Assembly: GCA_030429235.1 (NCBI GenBank)
Contig: JAUIDB010000010.1
Location: forward strand, 13,334 to 77,333
Length of the DNA: 64,000 nt
Direction: 5' to 3'
Source of the DNA: Thermoanaerobaculia bacterium
GTDB lineage: Bacteria > Acidobacteriota > Thermoanaerobaculia > Multivoradales > JAIOJS01
The notes under the pieces are model-generated. The model did not search any database. It was not told the origin of the DNA and saw only the letters and a list, made by a program, of their open reading frames with translations. This document shows, piece after piece, positions 1-7,820 of this stretch. Position 1 is the first letter of the stretch; every line of letters starts with the position of its first letter. A program made the position numbers and the translations under genes.

Positions 1-920
1 GCTACTTGGGCCATCTGCTGGTAGGAGGGTCGGTCCGCGACGTCGAACTAGCCAATGGCCACGCCTACCTGGCAGGCAGCGGAGGCTTTACGGTATTGGA
101 TACTTCGTCACCGTGGATGCCAACTGTGTCTGCGAGGTTTGAAACCCAGGGCCGAGCCCTTGATGTCTCGTTGGATTCTGGATTGGCCTATGTTTCCGTC
201 GATGGTCCCGAGGGCCTGTTGATTTATGACTTGGGAGACCCAGGAGTCCCGGTGCTGCTCGGTTCACTTGCGTCGGCATCCGCAGCCGAAGAGGTTTCCG
301 TTAGGGGCGGCTATGCGTTCTTGGCATCACCCTTTCTTGATCTGAAGATCGTTGATATCAGCGTTCCGTCAGCGCCAATCGAAGTTGCTTCGGTAGTAGC
401 CGGGGCCTCCCAGACGACCGCCCTCAATGGCGACTACGCCTATAGCGCCGGTTCTCAACTGGCGGTCATCGATGTCTCCGTTCCGTCCAACCCGGTGGTT
501 CTGGCCTCTCAGGGGTTGCCCTTCTCAATAAGCGACTCTGCAGTTCGCAATGGGGTGCTCTACTTCTCCTCTTCCGGCCTGCGCGTTTTTGACACTGTCG
601 ATCCTCTTTCTCCGAACCAAATCGGATTGCTGTCTCTGGCGGGAGGTTCTTCCCACGATTTGGTCCTCGAGGCCGACCTCGTCTACCTGGCTGCCGGCCT
701 AGGTGGTGTTCGGGTAGTAGATGTTTCTGCGCCCACGGCACCTCGGCAAGTAGCGTATCGCGGTACCTCGTACGCTCGTGGAATTGCGGTTGGTGGTGAT
801 CGGGTTGCTGTAGCCAAGGACGGGCAAGGTCTGTCGATTCTGCAAGGCTGCGCAGGGCTGCTTTTTGCCGATGGTTTTGAGTCCGGGGATACCGTGGCCT
901 GGCCCCAGAGTAGTCCGTAG
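1..920 (+). CDS. Secreted LVIVD-repeat beta-propeller-like protein, 5'-truncated by the window edge, with a C-terminal FADGFESGDTVAW tail
   Basis: ORF 6..920 stays open to the window start. It contains repeated ~45-aa units resembling LVIVD repeats ('LAVIDVSVPSNPV', 'LKIVDISVPSAPI', 'VRVVDVSAPTAP'). It ends with ...LLFADGFESGDTVAWPQSSP. Confidence 0.6.
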   Translation, partial: YLGHLLVGGSVRDVELANGHAYLAGSGGFTVLDTSSPWMPTVSARFETQGRALDVSLDSGLAYVSVDGPEGLLIYDLGDPGVPVLLGSLASASAAEEVSVRGGYAFLASPFLDLKIVDISVPSAPIEVASVVAGASQTTALNGDYAYSAGSQLAVIDVSVPSNPVVLASQGLPFSISDSAVRNGVLYFSSSGLRVFDTVDPLSPNQIGLLSLAGGSSHDLVLEADLVYLAAGLGGVRVVDVSAPTAPRQVAYRGTSYARGIAVGGDRVAVAKDGQGLSILQGCAGLLFADGFESGDTVAWPQSSP

Positions 921-1197
921 CTCTTGCTCTTCAGTGGCGGCTGAACTTCGTGCCAGATGGGAGTGCGTCAAGGTGGGGTTCACCCCTTATACCGTCGTTT
1001 GTTTGGGGACTTCGCCTACGAGCCAACCGCCGAAGATCTGAGGTTTTGGAACGAGTGGGCCGAGGAAGGCAGGAGAGTACTGGGTGCGGGCCGGGTCGGA
1101 TTGCGGGAGTTGGTCGAACCGAACGGTTGGTTCCTCGAACCCTCGCTAGTTCGCGCTAGGATCGCCCCTCGAATCCAGCCACACGAGGAACGTCTCC

Positions 1198-2661
1198 ATG
1201 ATCCGACTGAACCAGCTCCGCTTGCTGACCCTCTTGGTCACGATCGCCGCCGCCCTGCTGCTTGCGAGTCCCTCCGCCTCGACGGAGGCGGGGGAGACCT
1301 CCGATCTGCTGCTGATTCTCGACGCCTCGGGGTCGATGTGGGGGCAGATCGACGGCGAGAACAAGATCGTCATCGCTCGTCGCGTCATGGCGGGCCTGAT
1401 CGAGGGGCTTCCGGACGAGAGCGAGGTGGGGCTGGTGGCCTACGGGCATCGCCGTGAGGGCGACTGCGAGGACATCGAGACCGTAGTGCCGATCGGGCCG
1501 CTCGACCGCGGTGCCCTCACCGGGCGGATCGGGGAGCTCAACCCCAAGGGCAAGACGCCGATCACGCGTTCGGTCGAGGAGGCGTTCGCCTCGGTTCGGG
1601 GGCGGGAGGAGCCGACCACGATCGTGCTGGTCAGTGATGGACTGGAGACCTGTGGGGGCGACCCCTGTGCCACCGTGCGCGCGGCGGCGGAGGAGGGGAT
1701 CGACTTCGTGCTCCACGTGGTGGGTTTCGACGTCGCCAAGGAGGACGTCTCGTCGCTCGAGTGTGCGGCCCAGGCGGGGAACGGGCTCTACCTGACGGCG
1801 GAGACCGCAGGGGAGCTGGGAGCGGCGCTGGATCGGGCGGTGGCGATGCCGGCCGAGGTGCCGGGGGGGCGGCTGTCGGTCAAGGTGATCGCCGATGGCG
1901 AACTGGCCGACGCCGCGGTCCACGTCACGCGGTCCGCCGACGGTGAAGAAGCTGGTGGCGGACGCACGTACACCAGTCCCGAGACGAATCCGCGCATCAT
2001 TCCGCTGGCCGATGGTACCTACGACGTCGAAGTGACCGCGGTCGGCCTGCGCGGCGACAACCAGCGAACCTTCGCCGAGGTGGTCATCGCCGAGGACGGC
2101 GAGATGGTGGAGAAGGTAGTCGACTTCACCGCCGGCGAGGTCACGATCGAGGTCACCCGCAACGGCGAGCTCTCGGACGCCACCGTCCGCGCCTACCGCA
2201 GCGGCACCACCGAGCAGGTCGATGCCAGCCGGAGCTACGCCGCTTCCTCCTCGAACCCGGTACGGTTTCGCCTCACCGCCGGCACCTACGACGTAGAGAT
2301 CGGCTCGGTCGAGATGAGCGACAAACCCGAGCACCGCTGGGAAGGCGTGGTCATCGAACCGGGCGGACTCGCCGAACTCTCGCACGACTTCACCAGCGGC
2401 ACCTTGAAGGTCGGCGCCACCCTGGCCGGCGAACTGGTCGACGCCACCACCTCGGTCCGCCGGGTCTCCGACGGCAAGGCAGTGGCCCAGGGCCGAACCT
2501 ACACGAGCCCCAAGTCGAATCCCAAGACCTGGGATCTCGCTCCTGGCCGCTACCGAGTTACGGTCAAGGGGGTACGGCTCGAGGGGGATCCCCGCCGGGA
2601 GGTCGAGTTGGAGGTCCGGGCAGGTGAGATCACCGAGACGATGGTTGAGTTCGACGGGTGA
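1198..2661 (+). CDS. Secreted von Willebrand factor A (VWA) domain protein with repeated C-terminal beta-sandwich-like modules
   Basis: ATG at 1198 with a GAGGA RBS 8 nt upstream. It has an N-terminal signal peptide and a VWA MIDAS motif 'ILDASGSM'...'LVSDGLETCGG', followed by repeated 'RTYTSP(E/K)(T/S)NP' modules. Confidence 0.8.
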   Translation: MIRLNQLRLLTLLVTIAAALLLASPSASTEAGETSDLLLILDASGSMWGQIDGENKIVIARRVMAGLIEGLPDESEVGLVAYGHRREGDCEDIETVVPIGPLDRGALTGRIGELNPKGKTPITRSVEEAFASVRGREEPTTIVLVSDGLETCGGDPCATVRAAAEEGIDFVLHVVGFDVAKEDVSSLECAAQAGNGLYLTAETAGELGAALDRAVAMPAEVPGGRLSVKVIADGELADAAVHVTRSADGEEAGGGRTYTSPETNPRIIPLADGTYDVEVTAVGLRGDNQRTFAEVVIAEDGEMVEKVVDFTAGEVTIEVTRNGELSDATVRAYRSGTTEQVDASRSYAASSSNPVRFRLTAGTYDVEIGSVEMSDKPEHRWEGVVIEPGGLAELSHDFTSGTLKVGATLAGELVDATTSVRRVSDGKAVAQGRTYTSPKSNPKTWDLAPGRYRVTVKGVRLEGDPRREVELEVRAGEITETMVEFDG

Positions 2662-2688
2662 AAGCTAGGCCGTTCCTTGAAGGGATGG

Positions 2689-3672
2689 CTACTTGCGAGG
2701 GGAGGCCTGCAGAACCGTGTTCAGTACCCCGTCGACGACGGTAGCCATCCGTTCATAGTCCAGCGTGTCGGCAGTGTCCGAGGACGTGTGGTAGTTGGGA
2801 TTCCTCATGAAGGCGGTGTCCGTCACCATCACAGCGTCGTATCCGTTGCGCCAGTAGTTGCGGTGGTCGGAAGCATCGATCCCCATTACCACGGGTCCGT
2901 TGAAGCTGAAGACTGGGATGGTGGAAGCGCCTCTGAACGACTTCTTGGCGTGGGCGGTGAGCCAGGCGTCTTCTGAGCGACCCACCACGGCGATGAAGTT
3001 CCCGTGGTCCGGGTAGAAGAGATCCAGGATCCAGCTGGGCCATGGCTGCTCGTCGACGAAGTAGCCGATCATCTCCAGGTTGATCATCCCCCAGATCTCC
3101 TGCTCCTCGGCGCCCAATAGGTCCGCGTGCACTCGGCTCCCCATGAGTGGGGAAGCGTAGAAGGGCGGCTCTTCCAGGGTGAAAGCGACCAGGGTTACCG
3201 GGAGCTTCGGCTGGGTGGCGCCGAGCAGCCGTGCTAGCTCCAGAAGGCCGGCCGTGCCGCTCGCATTGTCGTCAGCCCCTGGGAACTCGCCAAACAGAGT
3301 GAAGGCATCGTAGTGGGCTCCCACCACGACTCTGGGTCCCTCGTGCGGTCCAAACTCGGCGATCACGTTGTGGTAGTCGGATCCGTTCGCCGGGAAGGTC
3401 TGAAGGCGTACTCGGTCCGAGTACTGCTCGAACAGATCGGCGATGTAGTTGGCGGCTCGGGCGAGATTCTCCGGGTTGTCGCTCCCTCTCGGTACGACCT
3501 TCGTGGTCAGGAAGCGAGTGTGGGCCTCTAGAAGGTCAGCCCGCGCCCGATCGTGGGTCAGATCCTCGAAGTGGCCGAGGGAAGGCCGGCGGAGCACGAA
3601 GCAGGCGGTCGCGAGGAGTGTGAGCGCCAGGATTCCGGCAATCGTGAGGATTCGTAGTAGGCGGCGGAGCAC
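2689..3672 (-). CDS. M28-family Zn aminopeptidase, membrane-anchored or secreted
   Basis: GTG start with a signal-anchor, 'VVVGAHYDAF', and 'GADDNASGTAGLLELARLL' metal-binding motifs typical of peptidase M28. Confidence 0.8.
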   Translation of the reverse strand: MLRRLLRILTIAGILALTLLATACFVLRRPSLGHFEDLTHDRARADLLEAHTRFLTTKVVPRGSDNPENLARAANYIADLFEQYSDRVRLQTFPANGSDYHNVIAEFGPHEGPRVVVGAHYDAFTLFGEFPGADDNASGTAGLLELARLLGATQPKLPVTLVAFTLEEPPFYASPLMGSRVHADLLGAEEQEIWGMINLEMIGYFVDEQPWPSWILDLFYPDHGNFIAVVGRSEDAWLTAHAKKSFRGASTIPVFSFNGPVVMGIDASDHRNYWRNGYDAVMVTDTAFMRNPNYHTSSDTADTLDYERMATVVDGVLNTVLQASPRK

Positions 3673-3934
3673 ACTGGTTCTACGCTGTGGCCGAGAGAAC
3701 CGTCCAACGTGTGAGTTTCTGGCCGGACCGCGGCGACCGCGGGAGTTCCTGTCTCACCAGACGGACCATTGTGCGGTTTGCGAGCCGGCTCGATAGCAAC
3801 TGATGAAGCTCCCCACTGACTGAGGGCAGTTCCTGCTCGTGCTTCAACTGCTTCTTTGGGTTCGAGGCGAGTGGAGTAGGCGGAAGTGCAGCCGGTGCTT
3901 GCTCTGCATTCGTCGAGACACTCGATGGTCCACG

Positions 3935-3950
3935 TGGCACGTCAGTTGCT
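3935..3950 (+). promoter_or_regulatory. Sigma-54 (RpoN) -24/-12 promoter candidate upstream of the Kelch-like gene
   Basis: TGGCACG-tcag-TTGCT matches the TGGCACG-N4-TTGC(A/T) consensus with correct GG-to-GC spacing. It sits ~123 nt upstream of the ATG at 4073 on the same strand. Confidence 0.55.
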
Positions 3951-4072
3951 CCTAGGACGATCGAAGCGCGCTGATCAGAAGGATGGTCCTCCACCGCGCG
4001 GACGCATCGATCCGATGCTCACACCAAGTTGTGCGGTGACCAAGAACGAATTGCTAACGAAGGGGAACAAAT

Positions 4073-5392
4073 ATGTTCAATCTCAAGAATCTAGTCATCG
4101 CGACGATTTGCCTTCTGGCGATCCCGGCTGTGCTGCCGGCGCAGTGGGTAATCAACGGTTGGATGCCGGCGGGCACGGTACCGATCGACTACCCGCCCAG
4201 TCCGTTCTTTGCTGCAAGCTACCAGGGACACCTGTTCGTAATGGATGGAGTGACCGCTTGGGTTGGAGAGGTAGACCCCTCGACCGGCAACATCCTGAGC
4301 TGGGAGGAAACCACGGCACCCGATCGGACCCAGTACCGAGCAGCTTTGGTGCCCACGAGTGCGGCCGTCGTGGGTGACTACATCGTGATACCCCATGAAC
4401 CCGAGTCGCTGGTCGCTCGGTTCAACAGCGACGGATCGATCGACGGGGACTGGCTTCCAGCCCCCGGACTCGTCAATGCAAGAGCCACGACCGGTGTTGG
4501 AGCGACCGCCGTGTCAGGCTCCTTCCTCTACGTCGTGGGGGGACATGGGCCCGGCTCGGCCCTGGGACGTGTAGAGGGAACTCTCGTCAACCAGGACGGC
4601 ACCCTGGCTCCCTGGCAAGACCTTGGATCCCTACCGGCCCCCGTGATCCTCCACGACCCAAGGGCTGATGTGATCGATGGCTTCCTCTACGTGTTCGGAG
4701 GAGAAGGAACGTCGCCTTCGGGCTCCTTGACCCACTCTCGGAACGTTCACCGGGCCCAGATTCAGCCAGACGGTACGCTTGGATCCTGGGTCAAGGTCGG
4801 TGACATGCTGCAGGCTCGCCCGCATGCCGGCCACCTGCTTGCAAACGGATCCGTCCATGTGGTTGCCGGCGGTGTTCACTCCTACATGACAAGTTCGGTG
4901 GAGTCAGCGACTCTTGCCGAGTTTGGGGAGACCGGGAGTCATATCCAGAACGCTCCCTTGCCCTACTCTCCGGGCCTCAACGAACTGGCTACGGCCGTAG
5001 TGGGGTCTTGGGGTTACGTCGTTGGTGGGAACACCCGACCGTTCGGTGGTGGTTTGGTTGCGGATGTTCTCGTCGCTCAGCTCGCACCCCTTTGCTCGGC
5101 CGATGGCGGCCCGTTTCATTTCGTTCGTCGACGTGGGAAGCCCAGGACAGAGTCTGCATCCTGGGTCGGATGCGGGGGCTCAGGGACGCTGCGGATCCTC
5201 AACAGCGGCACTTCTTCCGCGGTTGTTGTGCTCAACGGGGGCGAAGTAGCAGGGCCACAAGACTTCAACCCCAACGTGCAGGTCCTCGAGATTCCGATTC
5301 TGGACCTACCGACCGAGAACACCTTGGAGGTGACCATGAGGGGAGCTCCGGGTTCGAGTCTGCAGATCTCGTTCATAGCAGCAGGCTCTTGA
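4073..5392 (+). CDS. Secreted Kelch/galactose-oxidase-like beta-propeller protein (hypothetical)
   Basis: ATG with an AAGGGG RBS, a signal peptide (MFNLKNLVIATICLLAIPAVLPAQ), and repeated 'LYVVGG'/'LYVFGGEG'/'YVVGGN' Kelch-like motifs. The 5' end has locally lower GC. Confidence 0.6.
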   Translation: MFNLKNLVIATICLLAIPAVLPAQWVINGWMPAGTVPIDYPPSPFFAASYQGHLFVMDGVTAWVGEVDPSTGNILSWEETTAPDRTQYRAALVPTSAAVVGDYIVIPHEPESLVARFNSDGSIDGDWLPAPGLVNARATTGVGATAVSGSFLYVVGGHGPGSALGRVEGTLVNQDGTLAPWQDLGSLPAPVILHDPRADVIDGFLYVFGGEGTSPSGSLTHSRNVHRAQIQPDGTLGSWVKVGDMLQARPHAGHLLANGSVHVVAGGVHSYMTSSVESATLAEFGETGSHIQNAPLPYSPGLNELATAVVGSWGYVVGGNTRPFGGGLVADVLVAQLAPLCSADGGPFHFVRRRGKPRTESASWVGCGGSGTLRILNSGTSSAVVVLNGGEVAGPQDFNPNVQVLEIPILDLPTENTLEVTMRGAPGSSLQISFIAAGS

Positions 5393-5685
5393 TTCCGGCC
5401 CCTTCGCTTCAGTTGGCGAGCAAGACCACAGTAGGCCAGGGCGTCCTACTGTGGTCTTGGGCCTGATGATCGAGACTCTCTATCCAGGACCAGAGCTCCT
5501 TGGCTCGCCCGAAGTCGTACTGGGGCACCGGCGTCGGAGCCGGGCGCGTTCTTTGGGCGACGTTTCGGTCGCGATGAGCTTCGGTTTTGGGAGTAAGAAC
5601 AGGCGACGATCGTGTCACCGGAAGTGGCTGCAGGTCATAGCATGGCCAAACTAGGACCGAGCTGGATCATCACTCCTTGGGTTCG

Positions 5686-6804
5686 CTAGCCCGTCCTTGG
5701 CGACCTACGCGATGGTGAGATCGCGGCTGAGCTTGCCCGGAAGAAGATCAACGCCGAGAGTAGCGGGCCACCGAGTATGAGCATGAATCCAGAGAACGCC
5801 CTCACAGCCACGTTCTGAATACTGAGGTAGTAGTCCACGAGATGACTCGAGTATTGCCAGGCGTATTGGACCGTGGCGATCGCGATGAGGGCTGAGATAG
5901 CCGGTGCGGCATACCGACGGAGCCACTCTTGGCGTTTGAAGAATGCCGAGATGGGAGCCACTAGAACGGAAAACACCACCAGCATTACGGTCAAGGCCAC
6001 AGAAGCCCGAATCCAGAGGTTCATAACGCCCTTCTGGGTCAACAGGTCTCTCATTCGCTGGCTTTTGGCATGGTCTCGTGCTAGCTTGCCATCCAGGTCT
6101 CGAATGTTGACGTCAGCTCCCATGGCGATTAGTACTTCCGCTACCTGTGTGTAGTCCTCTCTGACCGCGGCCATCAACGGTGTAGTGCCGTCCTGTGCAG
6201 TCGCATCGACTTCGAGGTGTCTTCCGCTGTCTCCGATCTCGGTGAGGATTTCATGGTGACCCCGGGCCGCTACAAACCACAGTGGCGCCGCACCTTCAGG
6301 CCCACCTTTCAGGTTCAGGTTCGCACCGCCGCTGACGAGTTCCCGGAAGACCTCCAGTCGGCCCCGTTTGGCAGCAATGACGAGGGGTGTCTCTCCAAGG
6401 CTGTTTCTCGTGTCGATGTCTGGCATCCTGTCTTGAGCTAGGAGGAGCCTCAGGGTCTGCGTATCTGCGTTTCTTGCGGCTACGTGTAGGACAGTGTCTC
6501 CTGGGGCCATTTCCACAGAGTCGCCTGCTCCCTCAGGGACACGAAGAAAGGCGTCGGCTCCGTTGGCAAGAAGAAGTCGTGCTAATCCGGTACGGCTTCG
6601 GGAGATCGCCCAGAGCAGGGCTGAGATGCCCTCTCCATCCAGTTGGTTCGCATCGCCGGTGTTGGCCAGAGCCGAGAAGAGTTCCTTGACGTTCCCGGAC
6701 TTGGCTGCGGAGACCAGTTTCCCCTCGTTCGCCGCCGCTTGGCTGCTTGCCACGGTAGTCGCAGCCAGCACAAGAGCCACTTTTCCAGCTATACCGAGAT
6801 TCAC
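5686..6804 (-). CDS. Ankyrin-repeat protein with a C-terminal multi-pass membrane domain
   Basis: Signal peptide, then at least five ANK repeats ('GISALLWAISRSRTGLARLLLANGADA', 'GDTVLHVAARNADTQTLRLLLAQ', 'GETPLVIAAKRGRLEVFRELVSGGANLNL', 'GTTPLMAAVREDYTQVAEVLIAMGADVNIRD') and about three C-terminal TM helices. GC is lower than in the flanks. Confidence 0.8.
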   Translation of the reverse strand: MNLGIAGKVALVLAATTVASSQAAANEGKLVSAAKSGNVKELFSALANTGDANQLDGEGISALLWAISRSRTGLARLLLANGADAFLRVPEGAGDSVEMAPGDTVLHVAARNADTQTLRLLLAQDRMPDIDTRNSLGETPLVIAAKRGRLEVFRELVSGGANLNLKGGPEGAAPLWFVAARGHHEILTEIGDSGRHLEVDATAQDGTTPLMAAVREDYTQVAEVLIAMGADVNIRDLDGKLARDHAKSQRMRDLLTQKGVMNLWIRASVALTVMLVVFSVLVAPISAFFKRQEWLRRYAAPAISALIAIATVQYAWQYSSHLVDYYLSIQNVAVRAFSGFMLILGGPLLSALIFFRASSAAISPSRRSPRTG

Positions 6805-7619
6805 CGAGACTCACCCTTCCGAGACAGTTCGAGTTGAATTGATTGGAGTGACTCCCCAGTTCCTGCTAGGAAGCGAGATACCGCCTGCTTTTTTTCTGGC
6901 CGGAGATCTAGGGTTGCCGGACAGAGCCTCTTCTTCGTACAGCTGATACGGGATCGTTCCCACTCGTCTATGGATTGCGCCAACTCGAGCAGTCGAAGCG
7001 CTACGGTTTCTCGCTGTCGTTCGTAGCTATCGATTCTGTGAGACAGGGTGTTCTCGGTCCGTTCGGTTGTCTCCCGGACCGCAGTGAGTTCCTTTTTCGT
7101 CTCATAGAGCTGTTCGAGTGTTTCGTTGGCTTTGGCTTGCAGGTCCACAAGTTCGTCCTCGACGGTTTGTATGTGCGCCCCGACCCCAGCGAGTAGAAGC
7201 TCGAAACTCGTACGGATTTCCGAGCGCACTTCGTCGTCGTAGTTCTGAAGCTGCCCCTCCACTTGACGAAAGACCTTCTCTCGATGATCGTTAAAGGCGC
7301 TGGGAATTTGGTCTACGTACTGCATCACCTGCTCGTTGAGTTCGAGGTGTCTACGCACCAGATCGTCGTGTTCACTCCGAAGTACTGATAGCTCGACTTC
7401 GTGAATCCGGAGTTCCTTCCGGAGGTCGGCCGTCAACTCGTTCGCTCGCTGAAGCTGATCTGAACAGCCCTGGCCTTCGGACCTGCATCTCTTGAGATCC
7501 CTTTCGCAGCAGGCTGCGGTGCCACTGATAAGAAAGACGAGCAGTAGCCGAGTCGGCAACGAGCGGCTCCGGCGGTGGAGGCTCCTTTCAGATCGAACCA
7601 TCATGGATTCTTTGTCCAT
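6801..7619 (-). CDS. Coiled-coil lipoprotein (hypothetical), probably co-transcribed with the ankyrin gene
   Basis: ATG at 7619 with an AAGGAG RBS and a signal plus lipobox-like 'LISGTAAC'. A long heptad-rich coiled-coil region follows. There is a 4-nt overlap with the downstream ankyrin gene. Confidence 0.6.
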   Translation of the reverse strand: MDKESMMVRSERSLHRRSRSLPTRLLLVFLISGTAACCERDLKRCRSEGQGCSDQLQRANELTADLRKELRIHEVELSVLRSEHDDLVRRHLELNEQVMQYVDQIPSAFNDHREKVFRQVEGQLQNYDDEVRSEIRTSFELLLAGVGAHIQTVEDELVDLQAKANETLEQLYETKKELTAVRETTERTENTLSHRIDSYERQRETVALRLLELAQSIDEWERSRISCTKKRLCPATLDLRPEKKQAVSRFLAGTGESLQSIQLELSRKGESR

Positions 7620-7684
7620 CCGATCTCCTTCTTCCGAGGCCTTCTCGGGCGGCCTTCACAAAACAACTCGTGGGGCCATGGATC

Positions 7685-7700
7685 TGCAAGGCCCGGGCCA
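7685..7700 (-). promoter_or_regulatory. Sigma-54 -24/-12 promoter candidate for the coiled-coil/ankyrin operon
   Basis: The minus strand reads TGGCCC-gggcc-TTGCA, ~65 nt upstream of the ATG at 7619. GG and GC spacing is correct, but the match sits in a GC-palindromic context and could be chance. Confidence 0.35.
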
Positions 7701-7820
7701 AGCCCTCCCGGAGGCCTGGGTATGTCTGGACGCGATTTCCGGCGCGACCCCGAGTGCAAGCAGGTGAAGAGACTGGCTGTGGACGTTGCTAAGCTAGTGT
7801 CTACCCGTGTCTCTCGGAAG

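Noticed and set aside
7575-7820. Upstream extension of the Ser/Thr kinase ORF to 7575
   Set aside because: It would overlap the convergent coiled-coil gene by 45 nt and adds only low-complexity sequence. The ATG at 7821 (or 7851) precedes the kinase domain directly.
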